Source: a virus
Lineage: Duplodnaviria; Caudoviricetes
Length of the DNA stretch: 64,000 nucleotides
Strand: one strand, 5' to 3'
IMG/VR virus record: IMGVR_UViG_3300034071_001727
Span: 460-64,459 of that record
The position numbers and the translations under genes were made by a program. Positions 55,208 to 64,000 of this stretch are shown here, one piece after another; within the stretch, counting starts at the first letter, position 1; each line of letters begins with the position of its first letter. The notes beneath the pieces are model-generated. The model saw only the letters and a list, made by a program, of their open reading frames with translations. It had not been told where the DNA came from and did no database searches.

Positions 55208-56796
55208 TGGATGACATCGAGTTCGAACCGCTTGCCAGCGCAATCGACTATGCGCAGCTCCTGGCCGAGCTGCCCTTGCCGGACGGCCTGCTGATCGAAC
55301 AGGAGCTGTCGGAAACTGGCGTGCTGCGCGTGCCCTTCGGGCTGTCGGTCGAGCTGCAAGCGTTCTCGACGCAGTTCGGCACGCTCAACGCCACGCTGAG
55401 GCCTGTCGGCGTGCTGTCTGCTGTCAATGGGGCGCTTCTGCTGGCCGAGCTGCCCGCGCCGGCGTTCGGTGCAGCCTCCGGGCTGCCGACACCGAGCGTC
55501 AGCCTGTTGCTGGCGGCACTGCCGGTGCCCGCGCTGCAGGCCAGCACGTACACGGTGACCTTCGGCGAAATCGATGCGGCCATGGACCCGCCTTCGGGGA
55601 TCCTGATCGGGCCCGAAGGCGGCGCCCTGCTGGCCGAGCTGCCCGCGCCTGCATTCGGTGCCAGCAGCGGCCCGCCCGGCGCGATCAATGACTATGCGCT
55701 GATCAGCCAGTCCCCGGGCTTCATCTGGGCCTACGGCGCCTGGGAATACGAGCTTCTGTCCGACGCTCTGCGGTTCAGCGGGACGGCAGCCGATCGCCTT
55801 GGCGTGATCCTCGCCGACCAGCTGCTGCTGGGGCAGTCGCTGGCCGTGCAGGGTACGTACACCGGGCGCAGCGCCGACCGCCTGCAGCTGGCCGCGCAGA
55901 TCAGCGCCGGCTTCCGGATGCTGCTGGGCGACGCGCTGTCCTTCACGGACTCGGCGAGCATCACCGGGCAGGCCTTGGCGGAGGTCATCGACTTCCTGTT
56001 GCTGTCCGAAACCGTGCACGCGCGGCGCGACGCCATCGCCATCGTGGTGTCGGGCCTGGCGCTCGCTGACCTGTCGGCCGCGGCCGATGCCGTGCTGCTG
56101 GATGATGCGCTCGAGTTTTCCGAGGCCTTGGACGTCCGCCTACAGGCGGCCGTGGTGCTGGTGGATTCGCTGCTGCTGGACGACGGCGCGCAGGGCACGG
56201 GCGGATTCTCCGCGATCGTGGCCGACAGCCTGGACCTTGGGGACTCGATCGCTGTCGCCGCAGCCCTGATCGCCATCGTGCAGGACGGGTTCCGCATCGT
56301 CGGCCGGCTGCGGCTGGGCGAGGAAGAATTCATCGGCTACGTGTGCAACGCGGCCAATCGCGCGTTCACCACGTACACGGGCTTCAATTTCAACTCGATG
56401 GCCGGCATCGGTGGCCGCTACTTCGCCGCGGGCGACGACGGCCTGTATCTGCTGGACGGCGACGATGACGACGGCGAGCCGATCCGCGCTCGCGCCCGCA
56501 TGGCCCTGACCAACCTGGGCACCGGGAAGCAGAAGCGCATGCCTTCGGCCTACATCGGGTACAGCGGCGGGCGGCTGATCCTGAAAACCATCACGACGAG
56601 CGCCGAAGGCCTCAAGCAGGAGCATTGGTATCGCGTCGAGGCGCGGCCAGCAGAGGCAACCCGCGAAAGTCGAATCCCGATCGGCCGCGGCCTGAAGTCT
56701 GTGTATTGGGCCTTCGAGCTGGTCAACGATGGCGGCGACGCTTTCGAGCTCGACACGCTGCAGCTCTTCCCCATGATCTTGGAGCGCCGTCTATGA
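55204..56796 (+). CDS. Tail protein with internal LLAELPAPAFG and D-spaced repeats
   Basis: Repeats near 55258, 55438 and 55627; C-terminal Y.GF.FNS..GRGLKS.YW.F. Confidence 0.7.
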   Translation: MMDDIEFEPLASAIDYAQLLAELPLPDGLLIEQELSETGVLRVPFGLSVELQAFSTQFGTLNATLRPVGVLSAVNGALLLAELPAPAFGAASGLPTPSVSLLLAALPVPALQASTYTVTFGEIDAAMDPPSGILIGPEGGALLAELPAPAFGASSGPPGAINDYALISQSPGFIWAYGAWEYELLSDALRFSGTAADRLGVILADQLLLGQSLAVQGTYTGRSADRLQLAAQISAGFRMLLGDALSFTDSASITGQALAEVIDFLLLSETVHARRDAIAIVVSGLALADLSAAADAVLLDDALEFSEALDVRLQAAVVLVDSLLLDDGAQGTGGFSAIVADSLDLGDSIAVAAALIAIVQDGFRIVGRLRLGEEEFIGYVCNAANRAFTTYTGFNFNSMAGIGGRYFAAGDDGLYLLDGDDDDGEPIRARARMALTNLGTGKQKRMPSAYIGYSGGRLILKTITTSAEGLKQEHWYRVEARPAEATRESRIPIGRGLKSVYWAFELVNDGGDAFELDTLQLFPMILERRL

Positions 56797-58658
56797 GCGA
56801 TTCCCCCGTGACGACGTTCGACCTGGTGTCCGGCAATTTCGACCAGTTCCGGAACTACGCCAACGAGAGCATGGCCAACGCGCAGAACGCTCTGGTAGCG
56901 CTGGGCGGCATCGCGCTGGGCAACGTGCAGGCCTCCGCCAACTTCGGCAATCCGAACATTGGGATTGCCCAGCTCCCAGACCTGACCGCGGGCGGCCCGG
57001 CGCAGTCGAGCGATACGCTTGTCGTACCCGATCCGCAGACGGAGATTCCCGTCGCGCCGGAGTTCGACGCGCCATCGCTGCAGATCCCGAACGCTCCGCA
57101 GCTGGCCGCCAATGTGCGCCCGCCCACCATCACTTTGGGCAACGAGCCCGGCCCGTTCAACGAGGCGCGCCCCGGCCCGCGGCCTGCGCTGATCCCGATC
57201 GCGCTCCCTGACGAGCCCACCCTGCGCGACATCGCGATCCCGACGCTGATCGAGCTCGACGTGCCCGAGTTCGTGCCCGTCGTCATGCCGGTGTTCCAGG
57301 GCGTGCGCCCGGTGCGGGACTTCATCGCGCCCGACAACACATTCAGCTTCGTGCCGACGCAGTTCAGTGATGCGCTGCTGGACTCGACCCGGCAACGGCT
57401 TCAGGCCATGCAGCAGGGCGGAACCGGCCTGCCGGCGGCGATCGAGCAGGCGCTGTTTGCGCGCGCGCGTGACCGTGAGGAAGCCGAAACACAGCGCGCC
57501 GTGCAGGAGGTCTGGGCCGATTCCGCGAACCGCGGATTCGACGCGCCCACCGGCGCCACGCTCGCGCGCGTGGCCGAAGTGCGGCAGCAGTCCGCGAACC
57601 GCCGCGCCGACCTGAACCGGGACATCCTGATTCAGGTTCACACCGTCGAGATTGAAAACCTGCGCTTCTCAGTGACGCAGGGCGTGGCGCTGGTGCAGGT
57701 GCTGACCGGCCTGCACATCCAGTACCAGGAGCTGCTGCTGCGCGCCGAGCAGGCCGCGATCCAAGCCGCCATCGACGTGCTGAACGCGAACATCGCGATC
57801 TTCAACGCCGAGCAGCAGGCCTACAGCGTGGACGCTCAGGTGTTCCGCGACCGCGTGTCTGCCGCGCGCGATCAGGTGGACATGTACCGGACGCGCGTCG
57901 AAGCGGAAATCGCCAAGAACCAGATCAACCGGGACACGGTGCAGCTCTATGCCGAGAGCATTCGCGCCGAAAACCTGCTGGTGGAGCGCTACCGCGCCTT
58001 CGTCGACGCCCGCCGCGTGCAGTCCGAAATCAACGAGCAGTCGCTGCGCGCCTATACGGCTGAGGTCGGCGCCTTCGCGGAGCTCGCGCGCGTGCATGGC
58101 ATCGAGTGGGAGGCCTACGCCGCGCGCATCCGCGGGCAGGAGTCGAAGGTGAACCTGTTCGACTCGCAGGTGCGCGCCTACGCCACCAACGTGGGCGCCT
58201 GGGCGCAGGTGGCCCAGACCCGCATCGCCGAGACGGAGCAGCGCACGCGCATTGAAGAGGCACGGGTGCGCGCGTTCGAGGCCAGCGTCAACGGTGCCCG
58301 CGCCGTGCTCGACAAGGACCGCGCCGTCATCGATGCGCGGCTGGGCGTGTATCAGGCCACGTCGCAGCGGCTGGAGGCACGTAGCCGGATCCTGCAGGGC
58401 GAAGAGGCGACGCGCACTGCACGCCTTGGGCTACAGCTGCAGGAAGAAACGACGAAGGCCCAGCTCACGCTGGAGCAGGCGCGCGTCAACATCAGCCAGA
58501 TGCAGGAGTCTGCCCGCATCGCCATTGCGCAGTTCGGTGACATCGCGAGAACCCAAGCCCAGCTCACCGCGGCGTCGCTGTCTGCAATCAGCGTCAGCGC
58601 CAGTGTCGGCGCCAGCAGCAGCCTGGGCGTGTCCTTCAACTACTCCGGAGACGTCTGA
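56793..58658 (+). CDS. Coiled-coil virion protein, possibly an ejection protein
   Basis: GGAG SD; Pro-rich N-terminus, GGTGL..AIEQA, long coiled coil. Confidence 0.7.
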   Translation: MSDSPVTTFDLVSGNFDQFRNYANESMANAQNALVALGGIALGNVQASANFGNPNIGIAQLPDLTAGGPAQSSDTLVVPDPQTEIPVAPEFDAPSLQIPNAPQLAANVRPPTITLGNEPGPFNEARPGPRPALIPIALPDEPTLRDIAIPTLIELDVPEFVPVVMPVFQGVRPVRDFIAPDNTFSFVPTQFSDALLDSTRQRLQAMQQGGTGLPAAIEQALFARARDREEAETQRAVQEVWADSANRGFDAPTGATLARVAEVRQQSANRRADLNRDILIQVHTVEIENLRFSVTQGVALVQVLTGLHIQYQELLLRAEQAAIQAAIDVLNANIAIFNAEQQAYSVDAQVFRDRVSAARDQVDMYRTRVEAEIAKNQINRDTVQLYAESIRAENLLVERYRAFVDARRVQSEINEQSLRAYTAEVGAFAELARVHGIEWEAYAARIRGQESKVNLFDSQVRAYATNVGAWAQVAQTRIAETEQRTRIEEARVRAFEASVNGARAVLDKDRAVIDARLGVYQATSQRLEARSRILQGEEATRTARLGLQLQEETTKAQLTLEQARVNISQMQESARIAIAQFGDIARTQAQLTAASLSAISVSASVGASSSLGVSFNYSGDV

Positions 58659-58660
58659 CC

Positions 58661-60148
58661 ATGGCCATCGGTCCCAGCGACGAGAACATGCGCGGCAACC
58701 CGCAGCGCCGCCCTGGCTTGCCCGCGACCTTCGAGACGAATCCGGTGCGCAGCGGCCCGCCGGGGCAGGGCCCGGCTGCACCGATCACTGGCAGCGCGCC
58801 GGCGGCAGGTGGTCAGGGGCGAAGCGGCCCCGGGCCGGCAGCACGCAACACGCCCGCCCCTCCGGGCCTGTCGCTGGGCCAGACCGCTGGCGCTGCTGTC
58901 AGGCTCGCGCAGGGGCTTGGCCGCCCTGAAACATTGCCCAGCGTGGCGGCGCAGCCTGTTGAGCCCAGCCCGTTCCAGAAAGGCGGCTCGATGGGGCTGG
59001 TGGCGCCGGGCTTGAGCGCGCGCGAGCGCGGGCAGGAGTTCACCGCCGGCGTGAAGGGTATCGCCAGCGACATCGGCAGCCAGCTGAAAGGCGCCTACAT
59101 GTCCGCCGCCGCGGCGTCCGATGCCGTGATCAGCCCGATCAAGGAATTCGGGCAAGGTGCCTTGGGCATCGAGCCGCAGAAGCCGGGCCTTCGTGATGCC
59201 CTCATGTCCGCGCAGGCGGATCGCGTGGCTGCAGGCCGACCGACTCAGCAGGTGGGCATGGTGCCCGCTCCGACACCGGCGATCGTCGATCCGGCCCCGA
59301 AGTCGCTTCCTCCGGCGGCTCCCGCTGCCGCAGCCGCGCCGGCAGCAGCACCGGACCCGCGCCTGCAGGCTGCGCCACCGAACACCATCATCGGCGCAGA
59401 CGGCCAACCGCGCGCGGCTGTGATCGCCCCTGGCTTGCAAGGCGCGCCAGCCCCGAGCATGGCGACTGCTGGCGTGGCGCAGGCGCCTGCACTGCCGCAG
59501 ATGGTCATGGCCCCGAGCAGTGTCGGCCCGGTCGATCCGGGGCGTCGGCGCGAGGGCGACCAGGCCGTACGCAACGCGTCGAGCCAGCTGGAAAGCCTGC
59601 TGTTCCGCACGCAGCTCGCCGCCGGCCGCGGCTCGCGCTCCGGTCGCGCGCTGCAGGGGCAGCTGGCGGGGCAGCTCGCAGGGCTGGCCCCGACTCTCGG
59701 CGCCTCGGCCGATGCAGCGGACGCCCGCAACGTGCAGGCGCGTACCACGCTCGCGCAGACGCAGGCCCAGCAGCAGGCCGCGCAGCTGCAGGCGCAGACC
59801 GCCACCGGCGTCAACGAGCGCCGCGCGCAGGCGGCGGAGCTGGTAGCCCAGATCGGCGCCGGCGCTCGACCGCCGACGCTGCTGACCGGCGAGCAGGGCG
59901 CGTTCTCGATCGGACCCAACGGCCAAGCCGTGCCAGTGCTGGCGCCGGATGGCTCGCAAGTCAGGCCGGCTGGCGGCGGGGGGCAGGGTGTTCGGCCCGA
60001 TACGCTCTTCAAGGAGTTCAACGGACGCATCGCGGCCATTCAGGGCGATCAGACCTTGAGCCCCGAAGTCAAGAAGCAGCAGATCCAGCAGCTCTACGCC
60101 GATCCGCTGTTTCAAGGCCTCGCGCAGTACCTGCAGCCCAGCCAGTAA
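58661..60148 (+). CDS. Ala/Gln/Pro-rich putative ejection protein
   Basis: GGAG SD; composition and position before the giant gene. Confidence 0.65.
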   Translation: MAIGPSDENMRGNPQRRPGLPATFETNPVRSGPPGQGPAAPITGSAPAAGGQGRSGPGPAARNTPAPPGLSLGQTAGAAVRLAQGLGRPETLPSVAAQPVEPSPFQKGGSMGLVAPGLSARERGQEFTAGVKGIASDIGSQLKGAYMSAAAASDAVISPIKEFGQGALGIEPQKPGLRDALMSAQADRVAAGRPTQQVGMVPAPTPAIVDPAPKSLPPAAPAAAAAPAAAPDPRLQAAPPNTIIGADGQPRAAVIAPGLQGAPAPSMATAGVAQAPALPQMVMAPSSVGPVDPGRRREGDQAVRNASSQLESLLFRTQLAAGRGSRSGRALQGQLAGQLAGLAPTLGASADAADARNVQARTTLAQTQAQQQAAQLQAQTATGVNERRAQAAELVAQIGAGARPPTLLTGEQGAFSIGPNGQAVPVLAPDGSQVRPAGGGGQGVRPDTLFKEFNGRIAAIQGDQTLSPEVKKQQIQQLYADPLFQGLAQYLQPSQ

Positions 60149-60157
60149 GGAAGCCCG

Positions 60158-63100
60158 ATGGCGATCGATCCGAACACGCAGCGGCCGAAGCCGCGCACGC
60201 TCTCCGACTTCGCCCCGCCTGCGCTGCAAGGACCGCTCGCGCCCCAAGCACCGAAGAAGCGCACCGGCGGCGAGATCCTGGCCGACAGCGCGCGTGGTGT
60301 CGCACAAGGCGCGCAGTCGCTGTCGACAGGGCTCGCGCAGGTGCCCAACCTGCTGACCGGCGGGGCGCTCGATCAGTACGTCGTCCGGCCCGCTCAGCGG
60401 ACGCTGGACAAGGCGCTTGGCGGGCCGGGGCAGGACTACGGCATCGCAGGCGCCAGCGGTCGCATGAGCGAAGGCCTGTCGTCAGGGCTGAGCCCCGTGC
60501 TCAAGGCCGAACAGCAGAAGCTGCAGGACGCCGATGGCTGGCTGGCCAAGGCGGGCACCGTGGCGACCAACCCGACCTTGCTGGGGCAGTTCGCCGCCGA
60601 GCAGGTGCCGATGCTGGCCACGCTGGGCACAGGCGCTGCGGGCACGGCCTCGGCGAAGGGTGCGCAGGCAATCGCGCAGGGCGCCACGCCGGCAGTCGCG
60701 CAGCAGGTCGGCAAGAAGGCGGCAGAGCGCGCGCTGATCGGTGCCAACACCGCCATGGGCGCGGGCTTCGCAGGCACTGGCGCGCAGCAGGACGCCATGA
60801 GCCAGCCGCAAGAGGTCTGGGACGCAAACCCCGAGTATCAGGCGCTGGTGCGGGCGGGCACGGCCCCCGACCAGGCAAAGCAGCAGCTCGCGTTGCGCGC
60901 CGGTCAGATCGCCGGCGCCATCGCCGCGCCGATCAGTGGCGCCGCCGGCGCGATCACCGCACCGCTGGAAGCATCGATCTTCACCCGCACGCTGGGCGCC
61001 GGCGTGCCGGCCCTGCTGTCGAAGCAAGGCGCGGGCATCGTTGCCCGAGGCATCGGCAAAGAGGCAGCGGAAGAGGCGATTCAGGAAGGCGGCGAGCAGT
61101 TCGGGCAGAACGTCGGCATCCAGCAGGCGGTGGACCCCACGCGCGCGCTGTCGCAGGACGTGGCCGACAATGCCGCGATCGGTGGCGTGCTGGGCGGCGT
61201 GCTGGGCGGCGGCCTGACCGCTGGCGGTCTGGCGCTCTCGCGCGATCCGCTGCGCGATGTTCCGCCCCTGCCCGGGGCACAGCCGGGACCGCAGCAAGGC
61301 CAGCCCCCGCGGCCTGCCGCGCCGCGCCCGCCGTCGCCCGCCGAGCAGGAGCAGCAGCTGCGCACCGCCGTGGCCATGGCGCAGACGCCCGAGCAGGCTG
61401 CAGCCGCAGGGCAGGCCCTGGCCGGCTTCCTGGAGCAGCAGGGCCGTCTGCTGGAGCCGCCGCAGACCATCGTGGGCGACTCGCAGGGCAATCTGCAGCC
61501 CAACGCACCGACACCGCCGCAGCTGTTCGATGCGCCGCGCATCCGCCTGGGCAGCGTGCCCGGTGGCGTGGGCTCTGTGCAGCAGGCGCCCCGAGGCGTG
61601 CCGGCGCAGCCGCGCGTGCCGTTTCCCGATGCCGCGCCGGGCACCCTGCAGGATGCGGTCAACGCGATCACCGAGGCGCAGCCGGAAGCCGCGGCACCTG
61701 CTGCCGTTGAGCCGCCCCAACTGCGCCCTGGCGAAACCATGGACCCCGAGACGGGCGAGGTCAAACCGCGCGAAGTGTCGGCCGCGCAACAGCAGCAGAT
61801 GGACCTACAGGCCGCGCTGGCGGCCAGCCCGACCCCTGACCTACTGACCCCGGCCGGCAAGCGCGGGAAGGAGCGACGCCGTGACAAGAAAGACCCCAAA
61901 GCCGCGGGGATGGCTGGCCCGCGAACATTGGAACAACCTGTCGTTGCGGCGGAAGGTGCAGCAGAAATCGGGCGGACTCCCGCCAATCCGATGGGTGAAG
62001 CCGACGCCGGAACTGTTGAGCTCGCTGAAAGGGATTCGGTACGTCGAGCTGCCGATTCTGCTGGTGCAGACCCCGATCAAACCGCGTCGTTCGGCGACGC
62101 CTCCGATCCCATTCGATCCCGAAGCACTGGCGACGCAACTCGCGTGTCCGGACCTTCTGTCGCCGGAGTTTCTGGTTTTGGCGCGACGCCCGCGACGCCC
62201 GACGAGGCAGCTGATCCCGGTCGATCCGGACTCCCCGATGCTCGAAGTGGTGCCGTCGATGGCGAGCGTTCCGATCGAGCTACAGGGACGCAAGACGCTG
62301 GTAGTGGTTTCGACACCCAAGTAGCCCAGCAAACCCCCGACCCCGCCACGCAGGAGGGCCAGACCGATGGACGAGGAAGAGCTGCAGAGCCGCTGGCACA
62401 AGGCGGAGCGGATGGCTTGGAACCTGTCGGGGCAAGTGGCCAAGGAGCGACTGCTGCGCGTGATGGTGACGGTGAACCTGCAGTCGAAGCGCCCGCTGGC
62501 GCCGCTGCCGCCACCGCTGCAGCGCCTGGAGCCCCCGAAGTAGATGCCGCCGCGGCCGGCTTCGCCGCGAACACGACCGAAGGAGACACCGATGTACGGA
62601 CGAATCCCGAACAAGGGCGCAGCACCGGGCAAGGCACCGCCGAAGCCGTCGAAAGCACCGCCCAAGGGCAAGAAGTCGAAGGCGAGCAAGCACAGCAGCA
62701 GCTGACAGGCGAAGCGCTCACTGCAGAGCGCAAGCGCATTGGCCTTCCGCGAGTGATCCGGAAGGCCGATGCCGTCGCGGCCCTGCGCCGTGCCGGGATG
62801 AAGAAGGCAGAGGCAGAAACCGCGTTCCTCAAGCTGAATCAGAAGGGGCTCAGGGACGGCACCCGCATGGGTGACGACGTGGCCGCGCTGATTGCAGCGC
62901 GCACGCAGCCGGCGGCGTCGGCGCCGGCACCAGGGGAGGTGGTCGAAAGTGGTCCCGCATCCGGGCGAGCGCCTGTAGATCCGCCCGCCGCGGCCACCGA
63001 TGCAGCGGCGGGCGCACAGTCGCCCGCGAAGGACAAGGCCCTGCGCCGGATCGAGCGCGGCACCGCGTTCTTCGCGACACGCGATCGCGCCGACGAGTTC

Positions 63101-64000
63101 ATCGCCGCCGGCGGCATCGGCGACACGCACGAAGCTGTGCAGGCCAAGCCCGGCCGCTTCGACGTGCGAGCGAAGCAGGCCAGCGCTGAGCCCGCAGCAG
63201 CCGCGCCGGAGCCGCTGCCGAAGCGCGGCGAGGAAGACCGCAAGGCCATGGCCGAGCGCGGCATCAAGCCGGGCATGCGCGTGGCCTACGAAGGCAAGGA
63301 CGGCCGCGTCGAGGGCACCGTGCAGTCCGTGGACCGCAGCGGCACTGAGGCTGACGTCGATGGTGTGTATGTGCGTGGGCTGAAACTCGAGCCCGTGGCT
63401 GAGCAGGCAAGCCCCAACCGGCCTGAACAGATTGATGCCGGGTTTCAGGCCAATCGCGAAGCGATCGAGCGCGAGCGCTTCAAGAAAGGCGACCCGGTGG
63501 AGTTCACCGCCGCTGGGCCGTTCACCAACGCTGACGGCAGCGTTGACCAGCAGCGCACGCGGCGGGGCACGATCGAGAAGATCGACGCCGACCAGGGCAC
63601 CGTCAAGGTCATCGTGCCGGGCGCGCGCGGCATGGCCGACTACACAGTGGCGGCGCGCGAGCTGCGCCGCGCGGTTGAGCCCGACGCTTCCAAGGTAGAG
63701 ACTGCCGCCGCCGAAGCCGCGACCAGCCCGACCAACGACCTGCCGGCGCCGACCGAGGCGCAGAAGGACGCGGGCAACTACAAGAAGGGCGCGCTGAGCC
63801 TGCACGGCCTGCGGATCAGCATCGAGAACCCGGCCGGCACCCGCCGCCGACCCGAGTGGCCGCCGTTGGCGCACCACTACGGGTACATCCGCGGCACCGA
63901 GGGCAAGGACGGCGATCACGTTGACGTCTTCCTCGGCCCCGACGCCGAGAACGCGGACCTGCCGGTGTTCGTGGTCGACCAGGTGACGCAGGCCGGGCGC
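60158..64000 (+). CDS. 5' part of the giant polyvalent protein (runs off the window end and continues at base 2)
   Basis: AAGGA SD, ATG at 60158, no stop found in this frame. Contains EAAEEAIQEGGEQ/GGVLGG, two SH3-like modules and PT.AQK.AGNYKKG..IENP.G..HYGYI (InPase-like). Confidence 0.85.
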   Translation, partial: MAIDPNTQRPKPRTLSDFAPPALQGPLAPQAPKKRTGGEILADSARGVAQGAQSLSTGLAQVPNLLTGGALDQYVVRPAQRTLDKALGGPGQDYGIAGASGRMSEGLSSGLSPVLKAEQQKLQDADGWLAKAGTVATNPTLLGQFAAEQVPMLATLGTGAAGTASAKGAQAIAQGATPAVAQQVGKKAAERALIGANTAMGAGFAGTGAQQDAMSQPQEVWDANPEYQALVRAGTAPDQAKQQLALRAGQIAGAIAAPISGAAGAITAPLEASIFTRTLGAGVPALLSKQGAGIVARGIGKEAAEEAIQEGGEQFGQNVGIQQAVDPTRALSQDVADNAAIGGVLGGVLGGGLTAGGLALSRDPLRDVPPLPGAQPGPQQGQPPRPAAPRPPSPAEQEQQLRTAVAMAQTPEQAAAAGQALAGFLEQQGRLLEPPQTIVGDSQGNLQPNAPTPPQLFDAPRIRLGSVPGGVGSVQQAPRGVPAQPRVPFPDAAPGTLQDAVNAITEAQPEAAAPAAVEPPQLRPGETMDPETGEVKPREVSAAQQQQMDLQAALAASPTPDLLTPAGKRGKERRRDKKDPKAAGMAGPRTLEQPVVAAEGAAEIGRTPANPMGEADAGTVELAERDSVRRAADSAGADPDQTASFGDASDPIRSRSTGDATRVSGPSVAGVSGFGATPATPDEAADPGRSGLPDARSGAVDGERSDRATGTQDAGSGFDTQVAQQTPDPATQEGQTDGRGRAAEPLAQGGADGLEPVGASGQGATAARDGDGEPAVEAPAGAAAATAAAPGAPEVDAAAAGFAANTTEGDTDVRTNPEQGRSTGQGTAEAVESTAQGQEVEGEQAQQQLTGEALTAERKRIGLPRVIRKADAVAALRRAGMKKAEAETAFLKLNQKGLRDGTRMGDDVAALIAARTQPAASAPAPGEVVESGPASGRAPVDPPAAATDAAAGAQSPAKDKALRRIERGTAFFATRDRADEFIAAGGIGDTHEAVQAKPGRFDVRAKQASAEPAAAAPEPLPKRGEEDRKAMAERGIKPGMRVAYEGKDGRVEGTVQSVDRSGTEADVDGVYVRGLKLEPVAEQASPNRPEQIDAGFQANREAIERERFKKGDPVEFTAAGPFTNADGSVDQQRTRRGTIEKIDADQGTVKVIVPGARGMADYTVAARELRRAVEPDASKVETAAAEAATSPTNDLPAPTEAQKDAGNYKKGALSLHGLRISIENPAGTRRRPEWPPLAHHYGYIRGTEGKDGDHVDVFLGPDAENADLPVFVVDQVTQAGR
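61881..62324 (+). CDS. Candidate overprinted ORF n1 (+1 frame, 147 aa)
   Basis: AAGGAG 7 nt before the GTG; host-frame GC3 drops here. Confidence 0.4.
   Translation: MTRKTPKPRGWLAREHWNNLSLRRKVQQKSGGLPPIRWVKPTPELLSSLKGIRYVELPILLVQTPIKPRRSATPPIPFDPEALATQLACPDLLSPEFLVLARRPRRPTRQLIPVDPDSPMLEVVPSMASVPIELQGRKTLVVVSTPK
62367..62543 (+). CDS. Candidate overprinted ORF n2 (+1 frame, 58 aa)
   Basis: AGGAGG SD; phage-typical codons in the nested frame. Confidence 0.5.
   Translation: MDEEELQSRWHKAERMAWNLSGQVAKERLLRVMVTVNLQSKRPLAPLPPPLQRLEPPK
62592..62705 (+). CDS. Candidate overprinted ORF n3 (+1 frame, 37-aa Lys/Pro-rich peptide)
   Basis: AAGGAG 6 nt before the ATG. Confidence 0.4.
   Translation: MYGRIPNKGAAPGKAPPKPSKAPPKGKKSKASKHSSS
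63868..64000. repeat. Terminal direct repeat, right copy
   Basis: Matches 1-133 with 2 mismatches. Confidence 0.95.

Noticed and set aside
44332-56796. Diversity-generating retroelement or invertible tail cassette
   Set aside because: No reverse transcriptase, no TR/VR pair and no invertase were seen.

Overview
The window holds an essentially complete, circularly permuted genome (~63.9 kb) of a high-GC temperate short-tailed phage with F116/933W-like architecture: P22-like portal, N4-gp56-like capsid and a giant PLxRFG ejection protein. Bases 1-133 repeat 63868-64000, and an unsplit attP lies beside a P4-type integrase, so this looks like the excised form. The attP core resembles a tRNA-Ser 3' end. 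Gene order: int/attP, leftward early operon, cI/cro switch, rightward early and replication genes (Ref-like nuclease, Acb2, MTase, DnaB, RusA, Q), a small moron, lysis, packaging, head, tail, and a ~4750-aa polyvalent protein gene that spans the window ends. Best candidates for novelty: (1) a membrane-anchored PAS protein inside the lysis cassette; (2) tRNA-like RNAs with a co-varying kissing loop and 28-nt pseudoknot repeats punctuating the early operon; (3) three SD-led ORFs overprinted in the +1 frame of the giant gene; (4) a CsrA-like gene followed by paired AUGA hairpins in the capsid leader; (5) a CI repressor lacking its autocleavage dyad. All family calls come from motif recognition by eye; no database search was run.
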